A stretch of 64,000 nt of DNA from an uncultured Duncaniella sp. (GTDB lineage Bacteria > Bacteroidota > Bacteroidia > Bacteroidales > Muribaculaceae). The position numbers and the translations under genes were made by a program. The notes beneath the pieces were generated by a model, which was not told where the DNA came from, made no database searches, and was given only the letters and a program-made list of their open reading frames with translations. Location: positions 7,268-71,267 of the forward strand of contig CAJTQR010000004.1 in the NCBI GenBank assembly GCA_910578515.1, in the 5' to 3' direction. Positions 54,377 to 64,000 of the stretch are shown here, one piece after another (the stretch's first letter is position 1; each line of letters opens with the position of its first letter).

Positions 54377-55957
54377 ATGTCGTCACGAAATCTGTTATTA
54401 TCGCTACTGTCGCTGTTCATCACATTTAGCATCAGCGCCCAATGGACTGCCGATTTAGGCAACGGTAATTACCGCAACCCAATCATCCATGCCGATTATT
54501 CTGACCCCGACGTGATAAGGGTCGGTGACGACTACTGGATGGTGGCATCAAGTTTCACGTGCATGCCGGGAATACCAATCCTCCACTCAAAAGACCTTGT
54601 AAACTGGGAGATAGTCAACCATGTGTACCCCTCGCTCCCGTCAGGCAAATATGACCGTCCCGCTCATGGCGAGGGCTCCTGGGCTCCGGCAATACGTCAT
54701 CATGACGGTATGTACTACGTGTATTTCTGCACACCACAGGATGGACTGTTTGTGGCACGCGCATCTGACCCGCGCGGCGAATGGGAACTGACACAGATGG
54801 TGGAAGTGGCTAAATGGGAAGACCCTTGTCCGTTCTGGGACGAGGATGGCAACGCATATCTCGCCCACAGCATCCACCGTGGCGGTCCTGCCATAATCCA
54901 CCGCATGTCGGCCGACGGGTTAAGACTGCTCGACAACGGCAAGGTAGTGTATCACGACGAGGAGACCAATCCTATTCTCGAAGGACTGAAAATGGAGAAA
55001 CGCGACGGTTGGTACTATATATTCGCCCCCGCAGGTGGAGTGGAGAGCGGCTGGCAGACAGTGCTGAGGTCACGCGACATATTCGGTCCCTACGAGGCGC
55101 GCAGAGTTATGGAGGAGGGTGACAACGGTATCAACGGACCTCATCAGGGAGCACTCGTTGAGACGCAGACCGGCGAATGGTGGTTTATAAATTTCCAGTC
55201 AAAAGGTATCTACGGACGCGTCACCCATCTTCAGCCCGCCAAATGGAGCAGTGACGGATGGATAATAATCGGTGAGGATAACAACGGCGACGGAATCGGC
55301 AATCCGGTGCTTACTTACCGCAAACCGGATGTGGGTGCCACCTACCCCACAGTGATACCGCAGACATCCGATGAATTTCAAGACGCCACACCCGGCAAAC
55401 AGTGGCAGTGGCAATCAAACCCAAGGGCCGAGTGGTACTCTCTCTCCAGTCGTCCGGGCTACATGCGCCTGTATTCCATACCATGCCCTTCGGAGCACGG
55501 AAACCTTTACTATGCCGGCAATCTATATCTGCAAAAGCTCCCGGCTCCTACATTCACAGCAGTGACATATCTTGAATCAAAATTCACAGCCGATGGAGAA
55601 CGTGCCGGACTGATAATGATGGGAAACGAATACTCCTACATTGCTCTCATCGGCGGCAGCGACGGAAACCGCATTGCCGTCGTGAGGGGAAAATACGACA
55701 AGTTTGCCGTAGTCCCCGAGGAAGTCGCCTCAATCCCTGTCGCCACTTCAAGCGTATGGCTGAAAGCTGAACTGCTTAATGACCATGAATGCGAATACTC
55801 CTACAGCACCGATGGCGTAACATATCACCGCCTCGGTGAGCCTTGTGCAGTGAAACCGGGGATGTGGATAGGTGCAAAAATCGGCATATTCTCATCATCG
55901 CCCAATGTGGTTGGCTCCGATGGATATGCCGACTTCGATTATTTCAGGATAGAATAG
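54377..55957 (+). CDS. glycoside hydrolase family 43 (beta-xylosidase / alpha-L-arabinofuranosidase type) with a C-terminal beta-sandwich
   Basis: Signal peptide. NPIIHADYSDPDVIRVGDDYWMVASSF and EGSWAPAIRHHDGMYYVYF motifs. Confidence 0.9.
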   Translation: MSSRNLLLSLLSLFITFSISAQWTADLGNGNYRNPIIHADYSDPDVIRVGDDYWMVASSFTCMPGIPILHSKDLVNWEIVNHVYPSLPSGKYDRPAHGEGSWAPAIRHHDGMYYVYFCTPQDGLFVARASDPRGEWELTQMVEVAKWEDPCPFWDEDGNAYLAHSIHRGGPAIIHRMSADGLRLLDNGKVVYHDEETNPILEGLKMEKRDGWYYIFAPAGGVESGWQTVLRSRDIFGPYEARRVMEEGDNGINGPHQGALVETQTGEWWFINFQSKGIYGRVTHLQPAKWSSDGWIIIGEDNNGDGIGNPVLTYRKPDVGATYPTVIPQTSDEFQDATPGKQWQWQSNPRAEWYSLSSRPGYMRLYSIPCPSEHGNLYYAGNLYLQKLPAPTFTAVTYLESKFTADGERAGLIMMGNEYSYIALIGGSDGNRIAVVRGKYDKFAVVPEEVASIPVATSSVWLKAELLNDHECEYSYSTDGVTYHRLGEPCAVKPGMWIGAKIGIFSSSPNVVGSDGYADFDYFRIE

Positions 55958-55977
55958 TTATTTTCCTGCAATCTGGA

Positions 55978-57399
55978 TTATTTTCTATTGGGGACCAGAT
56001 TAACGTTCACCAACTTAACCTCAGCTGTCTTTTCATCTATCTCGGTAGCTTTCGAATCGTAGACTATAGTGGAATTGCTGATTGTGATGCCATGCACACA
56101 CTGCAACCCTGCGATGCCGCTTGCGGCAATACCGATTCGCGCATTCCTGCACACCACATCCGAGATATTGATATCGGTAAATTCGGGCACCTTCTCCAAC
56201 TTCTCAGGTTGTGCCACCGGCTCGTCATCCTTCACACCCGCAGGGCGGTTGGCATAGTTGCATTCAAACACTATAGCCTGATGAGCTATATCGGTCATCA
56301 TGATACCGCTGATGAAAATATCGCCGGTCTTGCCGCCGCGACCTATGGCGCTCTTGAAACGGAGACCGGTGTCGGTGCCTGAGAATGAGCAGTCGCGCAC
56401 CACTATGCGTCGCATGCCGCAGATATCCTCACTGCCAATCACGAATCCACCATGGGCATGATAGACCGTGTTGTCCTGAATCAATATATCCTCACATCCG
56501 TTCACGAGAGCATCCTTCTTATACTCCCCGCTTTTCATGCAGAGACCGTCATCGCCGGCATCAACAATTGAATTAACGATTATAGCCTGATGGCAGTCGC
56601 TGAGGTCAATAGCATCGCCATTCTGAGCATTCCACGGACATCTCACAGTGATACCGTCGATTATTATATTGCGGCTGTTGAAAGGATGCACATGAAATTT
56701 AGGCGCATTCTGGAAAGTGACACCTTGCAGGAATATATTCTCGCAATTGTTGATTCTGAAAATATCATTACGCTTTCCCTCCTGCTTCTCGGGGGTAGGA
56801 GCAATGTCGGGATAGCCCGATTTCAATTCCCACGGATACCACAGAGAGCCATCCTGGCGCTCCACTCCGCCCATATCCTTGAAGCGGCGCCACTCCACAT
56901 CGCTGACTTTTCCACGCTTCACCGGACGCCACTGGGCACCGTTTCCATCTATCGTACCCTCGCCGGTGATGCTGATATTCTTGCAACGCTGCGCACGTAT
57001 GCATGCCAGCACTCTGTTGGCTTTGGGATTCGGGTCAATATAAAGGCTCTTGTCTGGAGAGAAAAATATCACAGCATTACGCTCCAGATGCAGGTCTATA
57101 TTGCTCTTCAGCTCTATCGGACCTGTGAGCCATACACCCTGCGGCACTATCAGATGCCCCCCGCCTTTGGCTTCGAGAGCGGCAATAGCAGCGGCGAAAG
57201 CATCGGTGTTGAGAGTCACGGCATCACCCTTCCCGCCGAAATCGCGTATTGATACTTTATGCTCGGGAATTGAGAATGTGATTACCTTCTTCACCTCCAC
57301 AGGCATATCATGATAATAGTGGTCGTAATCGCCTGCTTTTACTGAGAACGAAACCGACAGAAGCAATGCGAGGAGGGTCGATGACAATAGTTTTTTCAT
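55978..57399 (-). CDS. glycoside hydrolase family 28 (polygalacturonase-like)
   Basis: Signal peptide. NGDAIDL, AGDDGLCMKSG, HGGFVIGSE and GLRFKS are the four GH28 signature segments. Confidence 0.9.
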   Translation of the reverse strand: MKKLLSSTLLALLLSVSFSVKAGDYDHYYHDMPVEVKKVITFSIPEHKVSIRDFGGKGDAVTLNTDAFAAAIAALEAKGGGHLIVPQGVWLTGPIELKSNIDLHLERNAVIFFSPDKSLYIDPNPKANRVLACIRAQRCKNISITGEGTIDGNGAQWRPVKRGKVSDVEWRRFKDMGGVERQDGSLWYPWELKSGYPDIAPTPEKQEGKRNDIFRINNCENIFLQGVTFQNAPKFHVHPFNSRNIIIDGITVRCPWNAQNGDAIDLSDCHQAIIVNSIVDAGDDGLCMKSGEYKKDALVNGCEDILIQDNTVYHAHGGFVIGSEDICGMRRIVVRDCSFSGTDTGLRFKSAIGRGGKTGDIFISGIMMTDIAHQAIVFECNYANRPAGVKDDEPVAQPEKLEKVPEFTDINISDVVCRNARIGIAASGIAGLQCVHGITISNSTIVYDSKATEIDEKTAEVKLVNVNLVPNRK

Positions 57400-57582
57400 G
57401 AATTGATTCAGTTGATAATGATTTGGTTAGTGATGTTAGTTACACGCCACGTTGAAACATGACCAAAATATTCCGCTAAATTAACGGAAAAGAAGCTCAG
57501 TTCCTTAAAATCAACACATATTATTTTGTTAAAATTTCCAAAAACCACTATTCAACAAAGCAATAGCACTCCAATATACAAA

Positions 57583-58443
57583 TCATTTGAATGAGAGAAT
57601 CATTTCAAATTGTTTTCCTGAGAGGGGGATATTGTTCTTATTCAGGAAAGCTGCGAGGGAACTGCAGTGAGGTGGGATGTTAAGGACCTTGATAATATCT
57701 GATTGCGTATGGGTTATCATTTCCCGGAGCAAGCGTGTACCGATTTTTTGCCGGCGGAAATCGCGGTCCACTGCAATCTGGCTCAAATCGCCGGTCAGGG
57801 GGTCAAATACACAATATCCCACAATCTTACCGTCAAGAATTGCCCCTAAGCATTCCAAACCGACGCTTCCCCGAATGATGGAATCCATACTATTCTGCCA
57901 AGAGGGAGAGAAATCCCAAAAGCCGTTGAGCTCCAAAATCTGTCCTATGGAAATCGGGCAGATTTTTATTTGTAACAGTTGCGAATCGCCGACCGGAGAT
58001 GCCACCACCTCCCGACACTGACGGAAACAGTCAAATTCACGAGTGATTTCAAAGCCCAATTTGCGATAGACTGAGATAGCTTTTTCATTATTCTGCAACA
58101 CTTCCAAAAGATATTGCTCTATGCCGGCACTTTTCAGATACGGCATGGAATAATTGAAAATTTCCTTTGCCAGCCCCTTGCCACGATACTCCATCACGGT
58201 CCCCGTGCCCGTATCGTAAGCAGTGGAAATACCGTTGAAGGTACCGACACCATTCAATGTGAACGCCACTATTTCATCCTCCTCATCGAAAGCCGCGAAT
58301 GAAAGGCGGGGTGTGTAGCCGCGTCTATTCAACATAGCCCTGACCTCCGACTTCTCAAAGTGGATATCATAATCGGAGAACGCCCTTTCAAAGCCTTGAA
58401 ACAATGTATCAAAATCTGTATTCTCTAAATTTCTTATTTCCAT
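57583..58443 (-). CDS. two-domain GNAT-family acetyltransferase
   Basis: The ORF-track start at 58452 is TTG; ATG at 58443. EYRGKGLAKEIF and DFRRQKIGTRLLREM are two acetyl-CoA motif A-like segments. Confidence 0.8.
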   Translation of the reverse strand: MEIRNLENTDFDTLFQGFERAFSDYDIHFEKSEVRAMLNRRGYTPRLSFAAFDEEDEIVAFTLNGVGTFNGISTAYDTGTGTVMEYRGKGLAKEIFNYSMPYLKSAGIEQYLLEVLQNNEKAISVYRKLGFEITREFDCFRQCREVVASPVGDSQLLQIKICPISIGQILELNGFWDFSPSWQNSMDSIIRGSVGLECLGAILDGKIVGYCVFDPLTGDLSQIAVDRDFRRQKIGTRLLREMITHTQSDIIKVLNIPPHCSSLAAFLNKNNIPLSGKQFEMILSFK

Positions 58444-58526
58444 CTCATTCAATGAACTGATTTAAACTTTTCACAAAATTAATTATAAATTGACATTATC
58501 GCACCTTTTTGGGGATATGCCGTGTG

Positions 58527-58534
58527 TATCTTTG
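58527..58534 (+). promoter_or_regulatory. putative -7 box (TATCTTTG)
   Basis: 33 nt before the ATG at 58568. This supports the plus-strand ORF over its antisense partner. Confidence 0.4.
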
Positions 58535-58567
58535 CATTATTAATTAACCACACAGAAAAAAATCGCT

Positions 58568-59128
58568 ATGAAAACAACAACTTCGAAAAAGGGAAAGAGA
58601 ATAACTGAAAAAAGATATGATATTTCAGTCAAGGCATACAATGACTTCACATCGCGCATACGGTCAGTCTTAGCAACCGATAAGATAGCTTGCGAGCAGG
58701 TATTGCAGCTGCTTGAGGCAAGCGTGGGACATGGCGACAAGACAATCAACATCGACGATTGCTCCATCAAAGCACAAATAGCATTCTCAATGATAAAGCT
58801 GGAAATCGAAAAGGCAATCAAGCGTTCAAAAACAGCACGCGAAAGAGCCGGCAGAAAAAAAGCGACCGCCACTGCTGAAGCCGCCACCGCAACTCCTCCC
58901 CTGACAATGCCTGAAAAGGAGAAGACCGAACAAGACAATGCCGCCAAGAATCTGACGTCCCCCTCACCCGAAGTGGAGGCAACACCCGAAGTGGAGGCAG
59001 CGCCCGAATCAACGCCATACCTTTCACGACGTGAACGACGCAAGAGAAGCTGGCGCGAATTCCGTCTGCGCAAAAAGGCAGCCAAGAAAGAAATACGTGA
59101 GCAGCGCGAAAAACAGATGCAACAATAA
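58568..59128 (+). CDS. hypothetical highly charged protein (Lys/Glu/Arg/Ala-rich, PEVEA repeat)
   Basis: 186 aa, purine-rich sense strand, promoter box upstream. No family recognised. Confidence 0.55.
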   Translation: MKTTTSKKGKRITEKRYDISVKAYNDFTSRIRSVLATDKIACEQVLQLLEASVGHGDKTINIDDCSIKAQIAFSMIKLEIEKAIKRSKTARERAGRKKATATAEAATATPPLTMPEKEKTEQDNAAKNLTSPSPEVEATPEVEAAPESTPYLSRRERRKRSWREFRLRKKAAKKEIREQREKQMQQ

Positions 59129-59216
59129 GAGGCAATCGTCACCACTGTACAATTACCTCCTATCAAATTTAAATCAAATTACTTAAGAACCGGTCAAATC
59201 AAAATCAGACAGCACC

Positions 59217-60515
59217 TCAGGGGATAGCTTCGTAAGCCTGGAGAGCCGCTTCGAAACGGTCGGCCACATCCGACAATTTATAGAGACCGTCGGCATTCTT
59301 TTCAAGTCCTTTCAACGAAAGCGGATAAATCATAGGCGGATTGTCAAGGTCGAGCAGTTCCATGCCACGCAACTGGTCGATGGACTGATAGACCAGATTT
59401 ATGTCGGCATACTCCTCACCGTCAGGTCCTACGAATTTCTCAATCACAAGCTTTGACCCGATAGGAGTTTTCTTCTCTATGGCATTGGGCACCTCATATT
59501 CCTCAACGCCAAGCGCTGTAGCCACGCTTGAAAGGTTGCTGTCGTGCCCTACAAGGAAAGTAAACTTACGGTCGGGAGAACGCAGCTCATCATACATGTA
59601 CTGTATGAGTGGACGCGCCACATTCACCGCCACAATCGGAGCTGTGAAAAGCACATCCTGATAAGTATCTTTGATGTGTGCTATGCGGCTCCACTGGTCA
59701 CGTGTGAGCTTATGTCCAAACCCGGCTTTGATACTGTCAGGTTCCTCGTAATACTGAAGTATGAAGGCATCGCTGGCTGAATTAAGTTCCTTTAGTGCCG
59801 AACCGGCTTTCATGGATGGTTCCTGCCACTTTTCGAGAACTATCTCCGTGTTGTAATTGTCAAACGCCTTTAACTTCGGGTCGTTTGCCTTGCCCATAGG
59901 TGACTCATCCACATCCATCACCTCGGTAATCAGCGCATAGTCGGGAGCTATCTCTTCATTGATACCCACTATACCCTTATCACCGCCCATGGCGTTGATT
60001 TGCCTCATTGCCTCCGCCACAAATTCCGGGCTGACCTTGGTGAGCTGGGGATTGAACAGCGGGTCCATCTTGCTGGGTGTATAGCGGTGATTCACTGTAA
60101 TGCCACCCACCGGCATGAATCCGGATGAAAAATACTGTGCGGTAGCGATGCAGCGCTGCATTGAGTTGGCTATCACATTGAGGTCATCGGCGGTGGGGAC
60201 ATAGTTCTCAGGAAACAGTCCTGCATCCACAGCCCATTTGCGGAAATATTGTCCCATCATGGTCTCAAGCGCTCCGCCGCGCGAAGTCAGCTCGCTCTTC
60301 CCGGCGCTCCACTTGTGCCATTCATGCGGAGTCATGCGCCCGAGGTCGCTCTTGCTGTCGGAAAGTGGCGACCGGATGTTGTGACGGCTCAGCACCACCG
60401 CCTCTTTCAATTTATATTTATCCTTGAATTCCTGACTGCGCTGCGCCTGAGCGAAACCCGTCACCGGCACACCAACCATGATGAGAGCGAACAGAGATGT
60501 GAGTAGACCTTTCAT
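59217..60515 (-). CDS. histidine acid phosphatase, Agp-like glucose-1-phosphatase / inositol-phosphate phosphatase
   Basis: Signal peptide. VVLSRHNIRSPL (RHxxRxP, close to the E. coli Agp RHNLRAP) and GHDSN (HD motif). Confidence 0.85.
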   Translation of the reverse strand: MKGLLTSLFALIMVGVPVTGFAQAQRSQEFKDKYKLKEAVVLSRHNIRSPLSDSKSDLGRMTPHEWHKWSAGKSELTSRGGALETMMGQYFRKWAVDAGLFPENYVPTADDLNVIANSMQRCIATAQYFSSGFMPVGGITVNHRYTPSKMDPLFNPQLTKVSPEFVAEAMRQINAMGGDKGIVGINEEIAPDYALITEVMDVDESPMGKANDPKLKAFDNYNTEIVLEKWQEPSMKAGSALKELNSASDAFILQYYEEPDSIKAGFGHKLTRDQWSRIAHIKDTYQDVLFTAPIVAVNVARPLIQYMYDELRSPDRKFTFLVGHDSNLSSVATALGVEEYEVPNAIEKKTPIGSKLVIEKFVGPDGEEYADINLVYQSIDQLRGMELLDLDNPPMIYPLSLKGLEKNADGLYKLSDVADRFEAALQAYEAIP

Positions 60516-60724
60516 GTCGATACTTTAATTTAAGACTTGTTATTATATAGATTGTATATATTTAGTTAACATTCCCCCTATTTATTGGTTCGGCAGAAAA
60601 AGGATGAAAAAATATGTTATACAGCATGGTGATAATTTAACTATTTTTAGACCTATGATTCTAAATAATTCATTTATCTTTGCGAACAGATAATTAACCG
60701 TCAACGTCGTTAAAAAACACATAA

Positions 60725-61672
60725 ATGCAGGTAAAAAAGAAATTGTCAGGCACACTTTATGTGCCCATCCTTATATTCATCGTAACACTTATCACAGGAT
60801 GCAACAATGACGTGTTTATTGACCGCCCTGAGATAAGCGTCAGTGCAAAAAACATAAAAGTCGGAGAGAGCACCACAATAACGACAAACGTAGAGTTGAC
60901 CTCCCAACCATATATGTCAATCTATTACAATTATGGTAAAAACGATGAAATAATGCTTTTCAATGGGAGCGCGCATAACTACTCTGACGAGTTCCTCGCG
61001 ATTGATGTTAATATTAATGCCGAGGATAACAGTCTCACTATGTCTGTAAACAAAAACTATTACCCAAATGACCTGAAGGTGATTTTCTATACCGAAGGGG
61101 AATCCGGATTTAATGTTTCCATCAATATAGTATCCACCACCCCTGCAAACTTCAAACCCGGGAAAATAGAGTACACACTGGATTCCTGGTACGCAGAAAT
61201 CGAGACATTCACACAAACAGAACGAAACGTTACCTATATAAACAATTCAGGTTCTTCTAGTTCAGTCCCGATAATCTCTGCCGGAGAGACATTTAAACAA
61301 GTAGGAAGATTCAGACCCGACAATCCGATTTATGGGATATTTCTTGCTGAAGACTCATACCAGGTGGAAGTTGCAGCTTTTGATAATCGACAGTGGCCGA
61401 TAATGACTAACCAGACAGCGACATACAATTTCCGTACCGAGAATCAGACATTCACTATCGATGCCTATCCCCTTGAAGTCTCAACTTCAACCATAGTGGA
61501 TGTTAAATCCGGCTCTACCTTAAAATACAAAGTAGATGTGGACGTTGAGGTTTGTGCCATACGCTACAAACTGCCAATCTATAACGATAAAGGGGTTCAT
61601 TTCGACTTAACAGGCGAGTTAAGGATAAGCGTACCGAAAAAGTACAAGATTCAATACAACATCACAGATTGA
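60725..61672 (+). CDS. hypothetical lipoprotein (Asn/Thr/Ile-rich, low GC)
   Basis: ILIFIVTLITGCNND lipobox. No family recognised. Confidence 0.6.
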   Translation: MQVKKKLSGTLYVPILIFIVTLITGCNNDVFIDRPEISVSAKNIKVGESTTITTNVELTSQPYMSIYYNYGKNDEIMLFNGSAHNYSDEFLAIDVNINAEDNSLTMSVNKNYYPNDLKVIFYTEGESGFNVSINIVSTTPANFKPGKIEYTLDSWYAEIETFTQTERNVTYINNSGSSSSVPIISAGETFKQVGRFRPDNPIYGIFLAEDSYQVEVAAFDNRQWPIMTNQTATYNFRTENQTFTIDAYPLEVSTSTIVDVKSGSTLKYKVDVDVEVCAIRYKLPIYNDKGVHFDLTGELRISVPKKYKIQYNITD

Positions 61673-61694
61673 AAATGTAATCCAAATCTACATC

Positions 61695-62894
61695 ATGAAG
61701 CGTAATATATTCATCACCATATTGTCAGGATTCCTGATGCTTCCGTCAACCATGGCTGCGGAAACAGACGGTAACAGTGGTTCCGGGTCACCACTCACGG
61801 CACATACCATCGGATTCGAACTCCGTCCGGCATGGGTTCCACCAACCAATTCCTACCTCAGAAGAGAATATCCGGAGGACCCTAACATATCATCGACCGT
61901 GAGTCCTCACCTGCGGTATTCCTTCAAATTCAGCCCCGACACCAAGGAGGGCGCATTTTATCCCCATACATATCAGGGAATAGGTCTCTCGTATACCCAG
62001 TTTTTTGAAGACACCGACTTAGGTCACCCCGTGACTCTCTATCTGTTCCAAGGCTCCCGCATAGCATCGCTGTCACAGCGTCTGTCGCTGGACTATGAGT
62101 GGAACTTCGGAGCTTCAGCCGGATGGAAAAAATCGCATCCGCTCGACCCTTATCCTCTCAAACCTGTGGGCTCAAATGTAAATGCCTACATAAATCTCTC
62201 GTTCCTGCTATCCTACAAGATTGACCGCCGCTGGACTTTTACTGCCGGTGTGGAAGGCACACACTACTCCAACGGCAACACCCATCTTCCCAACTCAGGC
62301 ATAAACACTCTGGGTGGACGCATCGGTATGGCATACAGATTCGGAGATGACAAGTCGGAAATGCGCCCCGAAATCAAGCCGGACTTCAAACGCGGCATGG
62401 GATATGACCTCACGGTATATGGTGCCACCCGTCAACGCATATTCTACGAATATCCCGACAGCGAAGGGGAGTATATCCCCGGCTCATTCGGAGTGGTGGG
62501 GCTCAATTTCGCCCCGATGTACGCTTTCAACCGCTATTTGCGTGCCGGAATCTCAGCTGATTTCCAGTATGATGAAAGTGCAAATATCGCGAAGTATCAT
62601 GTGCCCGGCACTTATGATGAGGATATAAAATTCTACCGTCAGAAATTCAAAGACCGCTTCTCAGCGGGTCTCTCCCTCCACGCCGAGCTTACCATGCCTA
62701 TATTCAGCATCAATGTCGGTATCGGACGCAACCTCATTGCCGACGGTCGTGACACAGAAATCACCTATCAGACACTTGCCCTCAAAGCCTATATAATAAA
62801 AGGTGCATATCTTCAGGCCGGCTACCAGCTGCGCGACTTCCACCACCCCAACAACCTGATGCTCGGAGTTGGCTATACTTTCGGCACCCGGTGA
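61695..62894 (+). CDS. outer-membrane beta-barrel protein, acyloxyacyl hydrolase / PagL-like (tentative)
   Basis: Signal peptide. GVEGTHYSNGNTHLPNSGIN resembles the PagL HxSNG catalytic strand. Barrel-like ending GVGYTFGTR. Confidence 0.5.
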   Translation: MKRNIFITILSGFLMLPSTMAAETDGNSGSGSPLTAHTIGFELRPAWVPPTNSYLRREYPEDPNISSTVSPHLRYSFKFSPDTKEGAFYPHTYQGIGLSYTQFFEDTDLGHPVTLYLFQGSRIASLSQRLSLDYEWNFGASAGWKKSHPLDPYPLKPVGSNVNAYINLSFLLSYKIDRRWTFTAGVEGTHYSNGNTHLPNSGINTLGGRIGMAYRFGDDKSEMRPEIKPDFKRGMGYDLTVYGATRQRIFYEYPDSEGEYIPGSFGVVGLNFAPMYAFNRYLRAGISADFQYDESANIAKYHVPGTYDEDIKFYRQKFKDRFSAGLSLHAELTMPIFSINVGIGRNLIADGRDTEITYQTLALKAYIIKGAYLQAGYQLRDFHHPNNLMLGVGYTFGTR

Positions 62895-62939
62895 CCGTGA
62901 GGCATGCTGTGACCGACCAATCACCAATCAATATTCGCT

Positions 62940-62989
62940 AAAAAAGATTCGGAGCGCATACCCAGACACTCGTCTGAGCATGCGCTCCG
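62940..62989 (-). terminator. rho-independent terminator of the M48 peptidase gene
   Basis: cggagcgcat ... atgcgctccg (10-bp stem, with an inner cagac/gtctg stem), followed on the minus strand by aatctttttt. Confidence 0.65.
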
Positions 62990-63019
62990 CTCATTAACTA
63001 ACAATGATAATTATAAATC

Positions 63020-63823
63020 TTACTTGGCGCTTTCAGGCTTTTCCACACCTTCGTCAGTGGCACGCTTCTCCATGCGCTGGATGCGGGCATCAAGGTCGGG
63101 GTGAGTTGAGAAAAGCTGATTGAGCTTGCTTGATTTCTTAGCGCCGGCTTCTTCCTGAAGTGATTTAAGCTTCTTGAATGAGAGAGCCATTGACCAAGGA
63201 TTCTTACCGTTTTTCTTAAGGAATTCATAGCCATAATCGTCAGCCTCACGTTCCTGTTTCTGTGAATAGGTGGCACCTGCGAGAGCCTCGCCGAGGTCAC
63301 CGAGCTGAGAGTCGGTAAGCGCTGCGGCAGTACCGTTGCTTGATGCTATACCGTCGCGCAGAGCTGAGGTAAGAAGAGCCTGACGGAAACCTTTCTTGGA
63401 GTCCTTGTGAGCCACGTGACCGATTTCATGACCAATCACACCGAGAAGTTCCTCGTCAGTCATGATATCCATGAGCGATGAGAACACACGCACACTACCG
63501 TCGGCACATGCGAAAGCGTTCACGTCAATCACATAGTACACCTTGAAATTCAAAGGTATACCCTCTACTGAGGTGAGACCTTCGGTAAGTTTATTGAGAC
63601 GAATGGTGTAAGGGTCCTCGGGACCGGTAACCTGATTGTGGGTATCCATCCAATCGATGTACTCCTTCACATAAGCAGCCATCTGGTCGTCGGTAAGAGT
63701 CACTGCCTGAGCTGTCTTTTTCACGGCGTTAGCAGCTTTTTTCAGGTTAAACTGAGCCATTGCGGGTATTGCGGCAAACAGGCAGAGTCCCGCTACTAAA
63801 ACTTTCAGAAAATTGTTTTTCAT
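63020..63823 (-). CDS. M48-family metallopeptidase (secreted)
   Basis: Signal peptide. GVIGHEIGHVAHKD (HExxH). C-terminal STHPDLDARIQRM. Confidence 0.88.
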   Translation of the reverse strand: MKNNFLKVLVAGLCLFAAIPAMAQFNLKKAANAVKKTAQAVTLTDDQMAAYVKEYIDWMDTHNQVTGPEDPYTIRLNKLTEGLTSVEGIPLNFKVYYVIDVNAFACADGSVRVFSSLMDIMTDEELLGVIGHEIGHVAHKDSKKGFRQALLTSALRDGIASSNGTAAALTDSQLGDLGEALAGATYSQKQEREADDYGYEFLKKNGKNPWSMALSFKKLKSLQEEAGAKKSSKLNQLFSTHPDLDARIQRMEKRATDEGVEKPESAK

Positions 63824-63927
63824 CTTGCAAAAAATGTCTTAATAATGCTGTATGAATTAATAAACTGGTTTCGTTAGTTAGGGCTGCATGGACAACAGGA
63901 TGGGTTCCAATGCAGATTTTAATAGTG

Positions 63928-63935
63928 CAAAATTA
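63928..63935 (-). promoter_or_regulatory. putative -7 box (TAATTTTG on minus strand) for the M48 gene
   Basis: Plus strand CAAAATTA, ~105 nt upstream of the ATG at 63823. Confidence 0.35.
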
Positions 63936-63956
63936 CAACTTATAGTGATAATTTCC

Positions 63957-63964
63957 TACCTTTG
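63957..63964 (+). promoter_or_regulatory. putative divergent -7 box (TACCTTTG) for a gene beyond the window end
   Basis: TAnnTTTG match on the plus strand, 36 nt before the window end. Confidence 0.3.
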
Positions 63965-64000
63965 CAGCGGTTTTAATCACCATCGGAATTAATCTTTGAG

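Noticed and set aside
58540-59166. 208-aa minus-strand ORF opposite the charged-protein gene
   Set aside because: Its pyrimidine-rich coding strand gives a Ser/Phe/Cys/Arg-rich, implausible product. The promoter-like box favours the plus strand. I kept it as a caveat in the finding rather than as a feature.
1-64000. Mobile elements, prophage, tRNA/rRNA, a diversity-generating retroelement, or a known defence system
   Set aside because: I found no integrase, transposase, reverse transcriptase, phage structural protein, nuclease/helicase/ATPase defence-type protein or tRNA-like sequence in any frame. This is an absence by eye only; a tRNAscan, Infernal or HMM scan would be needed to be definitive.

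Overview
The window reads as a chromosomal segment of a Bacteroidota (Bacteroidales-like) genome. Support: rpsI-rpsB-tsf synteny, TAnnTTTG -7 boxes ahead of most transcription units, many lipoprotein signal peptides, and the GLPGLI, DUF3575, DUF3868 and Mfa/FimB families. All family calls come from reading the supplied translations and recalling motifs; no searches were run. Most genes are housekeeping, envelope or glycan metabolism: S9/S2/EF-Ts, a LytS-type kinase with a LytTR regulator, PBP1A, ugd, fcl, lrgAB, a TolC-HlyD-MFS efflux operon, a PiT phosphate transporter, cutC, GH29 fucosidase, fucO, GH43, GH28, an Agp-like phosphatase, M28 and M48 peptidases, GNATs, MarR, cupin, and a rubredoxin absent from the ORF track. 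Two blocks stand out. (1) An ~11 kb minus-strand type V (Mfa-like) pilus operon at 26351-37226. It has a G10 tract inside a long leader, an intrinsic terminator just after the stalk gene, a C-terminal motif shared by stalk and anchor, strong GC mosaicism, and a 23-bp x4 tandem array at its 3' flank. (2) An uncharacterised four-gene redox operon at 12542-16457: a NapH/NapG-like fusion, a Tat-signal lipoprotein Fe-S aldo/keto reductase, DUF1893, and a small polytopic protein. I recognised no rRNA, tRNA, CRISPR array, transposase, integrase or phage genes. Several ORF-track starts are TTG or GTG; I moved those to the nearest plausible ATG.
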